From positions 42,088-106,087 of the IMG/VR virus record IMGVR_UViG_3300020411_004289: a stretch of DNA of 64,000 nt; one strand, written 5' to 3'. How positions within the stretch are numbered: position 1 is the first letter of the stretch; every line of letters begins with the position of its first letter. Positions 31,099-40,644 of this stretch are shown here, one piece after another. This DNA is from a virus. The translations under genes and the position numbers were made by a program. The notes under the pieces were generated by a model. That model searched no databases, had not been told where the DNA came from, and saw only the letters and a program-made list of their open reading frames with translations.

Positions 31099-32688
31099 GT
31101 GGCCAAGACTTCGAAACAGAGACAAGTCAAAGAGATAATAAAGTGCGGAAAGGATCCGTCATACTTCATAAACAAGTATGTTAAGATACAGCATCCGACT
31201 CGCGGCTTAGTACCTTTTGACACATACCCATTTCAAGATGATTGTGTCAAAGATTTTGTAGACCATAGATTTAATATTATTCTAAAGTCTAGACAGCTAG
31301 GAATATCTACACTTTCTGCTTGTTATGCTGTGTGGCTAGCAACTTTCTACAAAGACAAAAACATATTGGTTATTGCAACCAAGCTAGCAGTTGCTCAAAA
31401 CTTTATCAAAAAAGTAAAAACAGCTTTGCGGAGTATGCCGGCATGGCTAATGCTACCTGAAATTACATCTGCAAATAAGCAAGGTGTTGAGTTTAGTAAT
31501 GGATCTGCAATAAAGGCAGTGCCAACTTCTGATGACGCCGGTAGATCAGAAGCACTTTCTTTGCTTATTGTTGATGAGGCTGCATTTATTAGAAACTTTG
31601 ATGAATTGTGGATGGGGCTTTATTCTACACTTTCAACAGGTGGTCGTGCTATCGTCTTATCAACACCAAACGGTGTAGGAGACAAGTACCATGAGTTGTG
31701 CATGGGTGCAGAGAACGGCGAAAATGTCTTTAATTTTATAAAGCTAATGTGGGATGTCCACCCTGAAAGAGATGATGAATGGTTTGAAACAGAAACCAAG
31801 AACATGAGCCGAAAACAAATTGCACAAGAGTTAATGTGCGATTTTGCAGCATCAGGTGACACCTTTTTAACTGCAGCAGACTTAGAAAAAGTATCAATGC
31901 AAATTCAGCAGCCTCTAGAAAAATGGGGGCCCGACATGGGTGTGTGGGTCTGGAAATACAGGTTGTCTGAGCACAAATATGTAATATCAGCTGATGTTTC
32001 TAGAGGCGACGCAGCAGACTACTCTGCTTTTCATGTTTTTGACATAACCACTTCAGAACAAGTTGCAGAATACAAAGGAAAACTTCCACCAGATCAGTTT
32101 GCAGTACTTTTGGCTGAAGCTGGAAATAGATACGGCGAAGCATTAATATGTCCAGAAAATAACACATATGGCTACGCAACAATAATGAAACTAGTTGATA
32201 TCGGCTATAAGAACCTTTACTTTAAAAATGAAAAAGACAAGTACGCTGCACTGTATGGCATGGGCACACCTGAAACAGCTAAAATAGGTTTTCAGACAAA
32301 CTCACAATCTAGAGGTCAGATCTTGACAAAACTAGAAGAAACAGTCAGAACTGGAGCAGTAAGGTTTTATTCTTCTAGATTTTATGATGAGCTTAAAACT
32401 TTTATCTGGAAAGGTAATAAGGCACAAGCTCAAAAAGGTAAAAATGATGACCTGGTGATAGCATCAGCGATTGGAGTCTGGCTTTTTGACACTGATCCAA
32501 ACAATCACAAGCAAACACATGATCTCAACAAGGCGATGTTAGCCGGGTTTAATGTAAACTCAAACAAAGCAGACAAGATTTCAAACCCATGGAACAAAGT
32601 GGCGTACAATCCGTTTAAGGCGTATGCAATGCCAAATATGCCACAATCAGGTTCAATGGACGGAATCGATTACAGTTGGCTTTTATAG
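31099..32688 (+). CDS. gp17: Terminase large subunit (T4 gp17-like)
   Basis: EIIKC..DP.YFI..YVKI. Walker A KSRQLGIST, Walker B LLIVDEAAF, STPNG. Nuclease motifs ADVSRG..ADYSAF and NDDLV. Confidence 0.93.
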   Translation: MAKTSKQRQVKEIIKCGKDPSYFINKYVKIQHPTRGLVPFDTYPFQDDCVKDFVDHRFNIILKSRQLGISTLSACYAVWLATFYKDKNILVIATKLAVAQNFIKKVKTALRSMPAWLMLPEITSANKQGVEFSNGSAIKAVPTSDDAGRSEALSLLIVDEAAFIRNFDELWMGLYSTLSTGGRAIVLSTPNGVGDKYHELCMGAENGENVFNFIKLMWDVHPERDDEWFETETKNMSRKQIAQELMCDFAASGDTFLTAADLEKVSMQIQQPLEKWGPDMGVWVWKYRLSEHKYVISADVSRGDAADYSAFHVFDITTSEQVAEYKGKLPPDQFAVLLAEAGNRYGEALICPENNTYGYATIMKLVDIGYKNLYFKNEKDKYAALYGMGTPETAKIGFQTNSQSRGQILTKLEETVRTGAVRFYSSRFYDELKTFIWKGNKAQAQKGKNDDLVIASAIGVWLFDTDPNNHKQTHDLNKAMLAGFNVNSNKADKISNPWNKVAYNPFKAYAMPNMPQSGSMDGIDYSWLL

Positions 32689-32745
32689 TATAAGGTTAGA
32701 ATAACAAACGATGTTAGTTTACCTACATAGTAGAGAGGTGTATTG

Positions 32746-34692
32746 ATGGCTGAAGGATCAAGTCTTTTTAGCAGACTTACAAAACTTTTTAGATCAGGCC
32801 CAGTTGTCAAAAGAAGGGTAAAAAACTTTAGACAGCCTGGTGCGAGTTCTGCTGTTGAAGTATTCAAGAGGGCACACAGTGATGTTTATAGCAACACACT
32901 CAGTGCATATGGCTCCTATGATAGAATGTCTAGATACAGTGACTTCTCAGAAATGGAAGCAACACCTGAAATCGCCGCCGCACTAGATATCTACTCTGAA
33001 GAAACAGTCTCTCCCGATGAGCATCACAGAGTATTACACATTTATTCAGACAACAGAAAAATTCAAGAACACCTAGAACATTTGTTTTATGACATCTTAA
33101 ATGTAGAATTTAACCTTGTCATGTGGGTCCGAAATCTTTGTAAGTACGGTGACTTTTTTCTTTTTAATGATGTCAACCCTGAGTATGGGATTGTTGCTGC
33201 ATACCCAATTGCAATTTCTGAAATGGAACGAGAAGAAGGTTTTGACCCTGACGATCCTTTGGCTGCAAGATTTAGATGGGTAACGCAAGGAAACCAAATG
33301 TTAGAGAATTGGCAGGTTTCTCATTTTCGCTTGCTAGGAAATGATGCTTTCTTACCGTATGGCTCGTCTGTTTTAGAGTCAGCGCGCAGAATTTGGAGGC
33401 AGCTCATTCTTATGGAAGACGCGATGCTTGTCTATAGAGTGATTCGTGCGCCTGAGCGAAGAGTATTCTACATAGATGTGGGTAATGTGCCTCCTGAAGA
33501 TGTTTCAAACTATCTGGAACAAGCCCAGTCTTCACTAAAAAGAAGTCAAGTAGTCAATAAAGATACAGGACAGGTCGACCTAAGATATAATCCACTTTCT
33601 GTGGATGAAGATTATTTCTTACCTGTTCGAGGCGGGGAATCAGGCACTAAGATTGATACTCTCGCCGGAGGTCAAAATACAGCTGCAATTGAAGATGTTG
33701 AGTACATTCAAAAGAAATTATTTGCAGCACTTAAAATACCGAGAGCATATCTTGGATATGACGAAGAAGTTGGTGCCAAGGCAACGTTAGCACAGGAAGA
33801 TATCAGATTTTCTAGGACAATTCAAAGAATTCAAAAGACTGTAATTTCTGAAATGAACAAGTTAGCTATGATCCATCTTTACTGTCATGGGTATGACGGT
33901 GAAGAGTTAGCTGATTTTGAACTAAGACTATCTAATCCATCAACAATAGCACAGCAGCAAAAATTAGAATTAATTAGGGCCCGATTTGAAATTGCAGGAA
34001 CAGTACCTGAAGGAGCAGTAAATAGAGCCTGGGTGCAAAAGCATGTACTGGGACTTTCTGATGAAGAGGTTCTCGGTGTCAAAGAAGGAAGAATTCAAGA
34101 TAAAATAGACGACGCAGAAGTAGAGGCTGCCCAGCCGCCTGGAGCTGAAGATGAAGGAGGCGGTGATGCAGGAGGCGGCGACGACGCCGGAGCAGGAGGA
34201 GATGAAGGCGGCGGAGGACTTTTCTCAGGTGATAAGCCAGAGGGAGATCTTTTGACAGCTTACCCTGCAGATGATGATGAAGAAGAAGAGCAGTACGAAG
34301 AAGATGAGTTTGTGCTAAATCTTTCTATTGAAGACGAAGATGCACCCATCAAAGCGCAAAATAAAATTATGAATGCTTTTGGCGAGCCAGTCAAGACACG
34401 AAGAGTTACAAGAGGCGGCCCATCAGATACACACGCTCCTGATTTTGCAAAAATGGTTTCAGTTGGAAAGCGCGGTCGAGGTCAAGATTCTCTAAACAAG
34501 CCTTTTGATGAGGACTTTTTAAATAATCCAGTTGGAGAATCCCTAGATAGTATTACGACCGCCGCACCGCCAAGATTGACATTTGACTTAGTTAAAACTC
34601 TCGATAAGATGTCCAGCAGGATAGGTATATCTAAGGTAGGCTTGCTATCTGAATCTGATGTAAGCGAAGATGAGAGTATAGATGAAGAATAA
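32746..34692 (+). CDS. gp20: Portal protein (T4 gp20-like) with acidic C-terminal extension
   Basis: PEIAAALDI, LMEDAMLVYRVIRAPERRVFYIDVGN, EDYFLPVRG, IDTLAGG, IEDVEY..KKLFAALKIP. SD GAGGTG precedes ATG 32746. Confidence 0.93.
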   Translation: MAEGSSLFSRLTKLFRSGPVVKRRVKNFRQPGASSAVEVFKRAHSDVYSNTLSAYGSYDRMSRYSDFSEMEATPEIAAALDIYSEETVSPDEHHRVLHIYSDNRKIQEHLEHLFYDILNVEFNLVMWVRNLCKYGDFFLFNDVNPEYGIVAAYPIAISEMEREEGFDPDDPLAARFRWVTQGNQMLENWQVSHFRLLGNDAFLPYGSSVLESARRIWRQLILMEDAMLVYRVIRAPERRVFYIDVGNVPPEDVSNYLEQAQSSLKRSQVVNKDTGQVDLRYNPLSVDEDYFLPVRGGESGTKIDTLAGGQNTAAIEDVEYIQKKLFAALKIPRAYLGYDEEVGAKATLAQEDIRFSRTIQRIQKTVISEMNKLAMIHLYCHGYDGEELADFELRLSNPSTIAQQQKLELIRARFEIAGTVPEGAVNRAWVQKHVLGLSDEEVLGVKEGRIQDKIDDAEVEAAQPPGAEDEGGGDAGGGDDAGAGGDEGGGGLFSGDKPEGDLLTAYPADDDEEEEQYEEDEFVLNLSIEDEDAPIKAQNKIMNAFGEPVKTRRVTRGGPSDTHAPDFAKMVSVGKRGRGQDSLNKPFDEDFLNNPVGESLDSITTAAPPRLTFDLVKTLDKMSSRIGISKVGLLSESDVSEDESIDEE

Positions 34693-34706
34693 TAAGAGGG
34701 GCCAAA

Positions 34707-35531
34707 ATGGCGAAGCATAATAAAAAGCGCAACGTCGGTCTCATTCACGAGCAATTAGTAAGATATGCAAGTGAAAAGATCGTCGAAGGAAAAGAAGAGG
34801 CTGCTGAGCACGCAATAGAAATTTTAAATGAACATTTTAAAGAAGGTACACAGCTTTGCAGAGAATTTCTGTTATTTAACGCACTTGTTCATACAAAAGT
34901 TCAAAGTAGAGATATTGCTAGAAGAATAATTGAAGAGAGTAAACATGCATGCAAAAATCATGATGATGGTTTATTAAGAACAGAAAAGTCTAGACTTATA
35001 AAATCAATCAACCATGATATCGATAATGCAGGTTTTTACGCTAGAAGAATTCCGGAATACAAAGTATTTGCTACTGTTCAAACACTCTTAAATGAGTGGC
35101 GCGGCGATAATCGACTTTCACCGGTTGAAAGAGTAAAATACGAAGATCTCTTAGAAGAGTGGCTTACTAGAGAAAGCAAAGGGAATAACCTAGAGAAAAA
35201 CCCTGATGCAAATCCGTTAACACTTAAAATAATGATGAAAAAGTTCAATAAAAAATATTCTTCATTTAATAGTGAGCAGACACAGCTCTTAGAGTATAAG
35301 CTTTTAGGAAACGATTCTGCAGTAAAGAGTCATGTAGCAAAAATAAAACAAAAAGCACATGAAGCTCTAAATGAATTTTACAGCACATGTGACAATAAAA
35401 TTCTTTTAGAAAAAAGAGAAACAGTTAAAAATAGAATAGACGCTGTGTCTATTGATGCAAATGATAGGTCAATAGCACAAGCTTTGATGCTATCTGCATT
35501 AGTTCACGAAATGGAGGAAGGAAATGAGTAA
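34707..35531 (+). CDS. Hypothetical head-morphogenesis protein
   Basis: 274-aa helical protein (MAKHNKKRNVGLI...) between portal and protease. SD GAGG. Confidence 0.55.
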   Translation: MAKHNKKRNVGLIHEQLVRYASEKIVEGKEEAAEHAIEILNEHFKEGTQLCREFLLFNALVHTKVQSRDIARRIIEESKHACKNHDDGLLRTEKSRLIKSINHDIDNAGFYARRIPEYKVFATVQTLLNEWRGDNRLSPVERVKYEDLLEEWLTRESKGNNLEKNPDANPLTLKIMMKKFNKKYSSFNSEQTQLLEYKLLGNDSAVKSHVAKIKQKAHEALNEFYSTCDNKILLEKRETVKNRIDAVSIDANDRSIAQALMLSALVHEMEEGNE

Positions 35532-36135
35532 ACGCACATTGTTAACTGAGTGGTTAGCATTTGATTATTCTCCTGAGCTTATTAAAGAGTCACGTGAGAA
35601 CAATAATGGTAAAGTTATAATGAAGGGGATTCTTCAAAAAGCTGATACACTAAATCAAAACGGAAGAATCTATCCAGAGCCAATTTTGTCTCGTGAAGTA
35701 AGAAATTATCAAAAGTTTATTCAAGAAAACAGAGCTTTAGGCGAGTGCGATCACCCAGATAGCTCAGTTGTTGAATTAAAAAACGCATCTCACATTGTAA
35801 GAGAAGCGTATATGGAAGGTGATGTTTGTTATGGCACTGTCGAGTTATTAGACACACCATCAGGCAAGATTCTACAGAGCTTAGTTGAGTCTGGAGTAAC
35901 ACTGGGTATATCATCTAGAGGTGTAGGTTCTACAACTAGACAAGGCGATCATGATATAGTGCAAGATGATTTTCAACTCATCTGTTGGGACTTCGTTTCT
36001 GAGCCTTCTACTCCTGGTGCTTTTGTTATGAGAGAAGGGAGAGACTTTAGTGATAGCGATCTAAGAAGACATTTCACAAAGTCAGATAGAATTGATAGAA
36101 TAATGAATGACATCATTGATTGGGAGAATGAATAA
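35524..36135 (+). CDS. gp21: Prohead protease (T4 gp21-like)
   Basis: NQNGRIYP, catalytic His in ALGECDHP, Ser in LGISSRGVGS, WDFVSEPSTPGA. Confidence 0.92.
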   Translation: MSKRTLLTEWLAFDYSPELIKESRENNNGKVIMKGILQKADTLNQNGRIYPEPILSREVRNYQKFIQENRALGECDHPDSSVVELKNASHIVREAYMEGDVCYGTVELLDTPSGKILQSLVESGVTLGISSRGVGSTTRQGDHDIVQDDFQLICWDFVSEPSTPGAFVMREGRDFSDSDLRRHFTKSDRIDRIMNDIIDWENE

Positions 36136-36533
36136 TGGGACATTGGGTTGGAGATAACTGGAATTCAGTTGATGCCTATGGCACTTCCGGAACTCCGTGG
36201 ACAGAAACAGTGACTTTAGCAGCCGGTTCAGTGACAACAATTTCATTTCCAGCGGTCACTCGATGGATTCAGATAATCAATACAGATGCCACTGCTGCGA
36301 ATAGTGCAAAGGTAGGCTTTACAGTAAACGGTGTCAATGGTAACCCGGATGACAATTTTTTCCTAGTGCCAGGCGGTACAAATTCGGGAAGACTAGAGGT
36401 TAGGTGCATAAAGATTTACTTAAAAGCAAGCCAGAATACACCGACTGTAAGCATTGTGGCAGGTATAACTCAAATTCCTACCAATCGTATGTTTGATGTA
36501 ACAGGATCGAATGGAGTAGAGGGCGTAGGTTAA
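36135..36533 (+). CDS. Small all-beta virion protein, possible head decoration
   Basis: 132 aa with alternating beta strands. TAATG-coupled to the protease. Confidence 0.45.
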   Translation: MGHWVGDNWNSVDAYGTSGTPWTETVTLAAGSVTTISFPAVTRWIQIINTDATAANSAKVGFTVNGVNGNPDDNFFLVPGGTNSGRLEVRCIKIYLKASQNTPTVSIVAGITQIPTNRMFDVTGSNGVEGVG

Positions 36534-36534
36534 A

Positions 36535-36963
36535 ATGGCAAAGATAACGAGAGCAACTTTAAAAGGCATAGTCAAAGAATGTTTAGTAGAATTACTAGCA
36601 GAAGGCCTGGATTCTTCTCCTGAGCGCACTCAGATTTCAGAAAGCAAAAGAAAAGAAAAAAGAAAGCAAGCACTCTTAAAAGAAGAGGCAAGGTTAGCTG
36701 CAAATAGAAAAAAATTGGAAAATCGAGTGACTGATACTGTCGCGACAGTAACAGATGATCCTATAATGCAGAGCATTCTTTCACACACAGCAACAACAAC
36801 ACTGCAGGAGCAGCTAAATAATGAACCAGCTTCAAATGCGGGAAATATGAATTTTTCTGATATTAGTTCAGATGCTGCTGGCATTAATCTAGATTCAATA
36901 TTTAGTTCGCCACAAGAGAATTGGTCGGCTTTAGCATTTGCGGACAAGAAAACAGGCCAGTAA
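36535..36963 (+). CDS. Putative internal head / prohead core protein
   Basis: N-terminal KITRATLKGIVKECLVELLAE helix and several (I/L)-x-E sites. Confidence 0.5.
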   Translation: MAKITRATLKGIVKECLVELLAEGLDSSPERTQISESKRKEKRKQALLKEEARLAANRKKLENRVTDTVATVTDDPIMQSILSHTATTTLQEQLNNEPASNAGNMNFSDISSDAAGINLDSIFSSPQENWSALAFADKKTGQ

Positions 36964-36980
36964 TAAAGTCGCGGAACGAC

Positions 36981-36987
36981 ATAAGTA
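36981..36987 (+). promoter_or_regulatory. Putative late promoter motif (GAC-ATAAGTA)
   Basis: Intergenic. Upstream of SD GGAGGT and ATG 37015. Confidence 0.45.
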
Positions 36988-37014
36988 GATTAGTAGGAGA
37001 CGGAGGTTTTTACA

Positions 37015-37299
37015 ATGTCAAGACGAGTCAAAAAAATGACACCTAACATGCTTAAGAGAATGATTGTACAAGAAGCAAGAAAGCTTCGAATGGAAGTTTT
37101 GGAAACAGGCGAAGAAAGTTCTGAAAAAGTTGCTGACAAGGCACCTGAAGTTGACGCCGATGAATATGCTGACTCAATTGAGCAGGATATTGATTGGATG
37201 AAGGCACTAAAGATTCATGAACGACGCCTCGCAAGAAAACTACAGGAAGTACGATCTGCTAAGCGTCGCATCGGTCGTCGTTTATCTAAAAAGATATAG
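37015..37299 (+). CDS. Putative internal head protein with basic C-terminus
   Basis: 94 aa. KMTPNMLKRMIVQEARKL...VLE, an acidic middle and an Arg/Lys-rich end. Confidence 0.55.
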   Translation: MSRRVKKMTPNMLKRMIVQEARKLRMEVLETGEESSEKVADKAPEVDADEYADSIEQDIDWMKALKIHERRLARKLQEVRSAKRRIGRRLSKKI

Positions 37300-37308
37300 G
37301 AGAGTAAG

Positions 37309-37785
37309 ATGCCAACACATACACAGGGAACAGTTGACGCACCAGTAACAAAGAGATCTGCTGGAAAAACTGACACGAATGATCTAAAGGCAATTTATAG
37401 CCAGAGCCCAATGTACAAAGGTGAAGTAACGCCGGAGTCAATTAAAGCACAGTTTCAGAATGAAGTAATCGACGCTGTTATTAATGATCAAGGTCATACT
37501 TTCGGTACATTTGACACAAATTATGTAGATGCGCCTAACTTAGAAGATGTCGAGACAGGCGGTGGCGGCCTCCCGGCTTCGCCATACGTACCAAACCCAT
37601 CTTCTCCAGGGCCTGGAAGTATTAATCCAACAGATCAGCCTGAGGCACCAGACGGATATGGTCAAAATGCACCGACCCAATGGGGTTCGGGTGTAGGCCA
37701 TGCTTTACAGCCTGCTGATTCTTCTGCCAAGATTTCAGGGCAGAAGCTCGGTGATTATGTAATGGGCAAGTCATCTAAGGAGTAA
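37309..37785 (+). CDS. Pro/Gly-rich head protein, paralog of 37792
   Basis: SD AGGAG. Motifs LKAIYSQSP, NYVDAPN, PASPYVPN. Confidence 0.55.
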   Translation: MPTHTQGTVDAPVTKRSAGKTDTNDLKAIYSQSPMYKGEVTPESIKAQFQNEVIDAVINDQGHTFGTFDTNYVDAPNLEDVETGGGGLPASPYVPNPSSPGPGSINPTDQPEAPDGYGQNAPTQWGSGVGHALQPADSSAKISGQKLGDYVMGKSSKE

Positions 37786-37791
37786 ATCTAA

Positions 37792-38421
37792 ATGGCTGTT
37801 ACACAAGACGGCGGTCATCTGCATACTAGTACAGTTGAGAACATAGGTCCTCAACCTTCCGAAGCCTTAACTAGAACAGGCGGAGAGTTAGCAAAGTCAG
37901 ATCCTGCAAGATTGCAAGCAGCCTATCCAAGCTCTCCAATATGGTCAACTGACCCGGGCTTAGGTGGTTATACTGCATCAGCTGTGGCCGGCCTAAAAGG
38001 TAACTTGGTAAGAAATACAGTGAGACCTGGCGACATTTCAGCTGCACAATCTTACTATGGTTTTCCTGCTGCAGTGTCTGAAGATGAAAATACACCATCT
38101 ACAGGTGATTTGTCGTATAACGGAGCACCAAACGTAACAGCAGTTACGGTTGACACAAACGGCAAGCCTATTGCTAGTCCTTATATGCCTAACTTATTAC
38201 CTCCAAACTCTTTCAATCCTACAGCAGATAACCCGACGCCTGTTGTTCTTACTCCAGAACAGTCACACTCTGCAACAACTCCGTTTCACGGCGACGGGTT
38301 AATGAGTCCGCATGGAGGAAGTGCAAAAGTTCAAGAAAGCCTCAAACCGGAAGAAGGCGCCGGATCTGATGCTGGTGCAAATCCGCCCCCTGTTGATGGC
38401 GGCTCAGGCGGCGGCGCTTAA
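37792..38421 (+). CDS. Pro/Gly-rich head protein, paralog of 37309
   Basis: SD AAGGAG. Motifs LQAAYPSSP, SYNGAPN, IASPYMPN. Confidence 0.55.
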   Translation: MAVTQDGGHLHTSTVENIGPQPSEALTRTGGELAKSDPARLQAAYPSSPIWSTDPGLGGYTASAVAGLKGNLVRNTVRPGDISAAQSYYGFPAAVSEDENTPSTGDLSYNGAPNVTAVTVDTNGKPIASPYMPNLLPPNSFNPTADNPTPVVLTPEQSHSATTPFHGDGLMSPHGGSAKVQESLKPEEGAGSDAGANPPPVDGGSGGGA

Positions 38422-39005
38422 TGCAATCAAATACACAGATTCCGAAAAATGTAGGCGCTTCGATATCTTCAAGGTATGATGATAGAAAAGGTTTGGGCTA
38501 CGGCCAGCTAGATCAAAAATTTCAAAAATCTCGCCCTGCTGGAAACTCCTTTCCATACAAAGACTTAGACAATTATGAAGAGTCTGATGATGTAAATGAT
38601 GAGTCCCACGATGCAGTAAGTAGCAAGGTTTATGACTACCCTAAAACAGATGCTGCTGGTGATGCTAAGGCAACAGATCCACTTTATTTTGTAGGTGCAG
38701 CAACAAAGTTGCACGCGTGCTTTGAAAAATCAGACGAAATATTATGTGAGATAGAAAAAGCCTCCAAAATGATACCAGTTTTCGATATCATAGAAACAAT
38801 TGGAGGTTATGATACCTCTAAGGCATTCGACATACGTTCTTATAGAAGGACAGGAACTAAAAAAGGTTGGTCAGAAAGACCTCCGGTAGGAAAAGATGAG
38901 TACGAAAAAGAAATAGAAGAGGATGAATTTTACAATTTGAAAGATTTGTCTGCAATTCAAAGGCCAACTTTGGGTGAATGTTTCGATTTTCTTAGACATA
39001 CTTAA
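38421..39005 (+). CDS. Hypothetical head-region protein
   Basis: 194 aa, acidic, TAATG-coupled. Confidence 0.5.
   Translation: MQSNTQIPKNVGASISSRYDDRKGLGYGQLDQKFQKSRPAGNSFPYKDLDNYEESDDVNDESHDAVSSKVYDYPKTDAAGDAKATDPLYFVGAATKLHACFEKSDEILCEIEKASKMIPVFDIIETIGGYDTSKAFDIRSYRRTGTKKGWSERPPVGKDEYEKEIEEDEFYNLKDLSAIQRPTLGECFDFLRHT
38998..39004 (+). promoter_or_regulatory. Putative late promoter motif (GAC-ATACTTA)
   Basis: Immediately upstream of the scaffold gene. Confidence 0.55.
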
Positions 39006-39014
39006 TCAGGAAAC

Positions 39015-40616
39015 ATGGTGGGTGGAATGAGTAAAACACTTTATGAAGAAGCCATTGCTGATGCTAAGCAACTTAGGGAGCTAGCAGAAGATTCTGCAAA
39101 AAATCGAGTTATTGAGGCAGTCATGCCTCAAATTAGAGACTTGGTCAATAGAAGAATCTTAGGCGAGCAAATCGAAGATGGAGCTGCAGCTCTAGGTCTA
39201 GAAGACGAAACAGAATTAAACAGCACTGAAGAAGATCTACCAGGAATCGACGCCGGCGACGAATCTTCTTCTAGTGGGTCAGTTATTAATGTAACAGCCC
39301 AGGGCGATGTCAATATCGAGGTCGAATCGGAAGAGCCAGAAGGCGATGAAGAAGACGTCGTTTTGACAGATACAATGGCCGAAGCGTTAGGTCGACTAAT
39401 TCGAGGAGACGTAGTCGTTGAAAATTCAATTGAGGAAAAGCTAGCTCTATTAGAATCTAGAGTTACCAAACTTAAGATGATTAACGACTATGTTTTTGAG
39501 GGTGATTTATCGACCTCGCAAAAGTCTAGATTAAACCTTTCTTTCATTCATTGTTTAAGAGAGGCATTAAATTTACGTGGTAAAGTAATACTTAACGAAC
39601 ATGACACTCAAGATAAGCTTGAGCGGAGACTATCAGCAATAATCAAGGAGATGAAACAGATGTCAAAGTCAAACCGTCGTAATATCTTCGATTTCCTTTT
39701 CGAGGAAGAGGATAAGGAGAAAATGAGCGAGCTCGAGGAGGCTGAACTCTCGCTTGAGCTTGAGGATGAAGAGCTTGATTCGCTCGCAGGTGCCGAAGAT
39801 GTAGATGCAGTAGATGCAGCATTAGCGGACATCCTCGGAGACGTCGAGGTAGCCCTCGGCGATGGAGGCGGCGAAGAAGCCGCTGAAGAGGAAGAAGGCG
39901 AAGAGCTCGAAATGGGAGCAGAAGAAGAAGAATTGGCCGCAGATGAAGAAGCAGGCGAAGATGAGGTTCTCGAAATTGATGAGGGAATGCTTCGCCGAGA
40001 GATTCACCGCATGCGTCGACTTCGTGAGCAAGAGGAAGGACGAGCTGCAGAAGCAGATCCTTATCTAGCACATGACGGAGAAGAAGTAGGCGATGTGGTT
40101 CTGGACGTCGATGAGGACGATCTGATTAACGCACTGGCAGATGAGCTAGGCGATTCAGAGCATACACCTCCCGCGCCAGGCGCTTCCGGAACAGTTGCAG
40201 AGATGCGTAGACGTAGAGCGCGCCGCTCAAGATCACAACGTGTTAATGAGACACGTCAAGTAAAGCAGTATCGTACTGCAGTTGCTGGTCTTAAGAAGCA
40301 GCTTGTTGAGATGAATCTCTTCAATGCAAAACTTCTTTATGCTAACAAGCTAATGCAAAACAAGAATTTAACAACTAAGCAGCAGAGAGCAATTGTTGAG
40401 GCCCTTGATAATGCCAAGACGCTCCGCGAGGCGAAGTTGCTTTACAAGAGCTTGTCGGAGTCCCTCACCCGACGCGCTCGTGGTAAGAAGCTAAATGAGG
40501 GATCTTTACGGACGCTCGGATCGTCTTCCAGATCAACCCGGTCAGGTCAGCCTGCCAAGAATGGTGTTGAGGCGGATCGATGGGCAGTCCTCGCCGGCAT
40601 TAACGGCAATGACTAA
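39015..40616 (+). CDS. Prohead scaffold/core protein (T4 gp22 position)
   Basis: Very acidic coiled-coil protein directly before the MCP, with many L-x-E sites. C-terminal EMNLFNAKLLYANKL...RWAVLAGI. The start may be 39027 (MSKTLYEEA). Confidence 0.75.
   Translation: MVGGMSKTLYEEAIADAKQLRELAEDSAKNRVIEAVMPQIRDLVNRRILGEQIEDGAAALGLEDETELNSTEEDLPGIDAGDESSSSGSVINVTAQGDVNIEVESEEPEGDEEDVVLTDTMAEALGRLIRGDVVVENSIEEKLALLESRVTKLKMINDYVFEGDLSTSQKSRLNLSFIHCLREALNLRGKVILNEHDTQDKLERRLSAIIKEMKQMSKSNRRNIFDFLFEEEDKEKMSELEEAELSLELEDEELDSLAGAEDVDAVDAALADILGDVEVALGDGGGEEAAEEEEGEELEMGAEEEELAADEEAGEDEVLEIDEGMLRREIHRMRRLREQEEGRAAEADPYLAHDGEEVGDVVLDVDEDDLINALADELGDSEHTPPAPGASGTVAEMRRRRARRSRSQRVNETRQVKQYRTAVAGLKKQLVEMNLFNAKLLYANKLMQNKNLTTKQQRAIVEALDNAKTLREAKLLYKSLSESLTRRARGKKLNEGSLRTLGSSSRSTRSGQPAKNGVEADRWAVLAGINGND
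39588..39662 (+). promoter_or_regulatory. Internal late-promoter motif, SD and in-frame ATG within the scaffold gene
   Basis: ATACTTA 39588-39594, AAGGAG 39645-39650, ATG 39660 (Met216). Confidence 0.5.
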
Positions 40617-40644
40617 CCATCTTTTAACCTAAGGAGAAATTAAA

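Noticed and set aside
32689-32745. Late promoter ahead of the portal gene
   Set aside because: Only a degenerate TTACCTA and sigma70-like -10 fragments are present, which is too weak to call.
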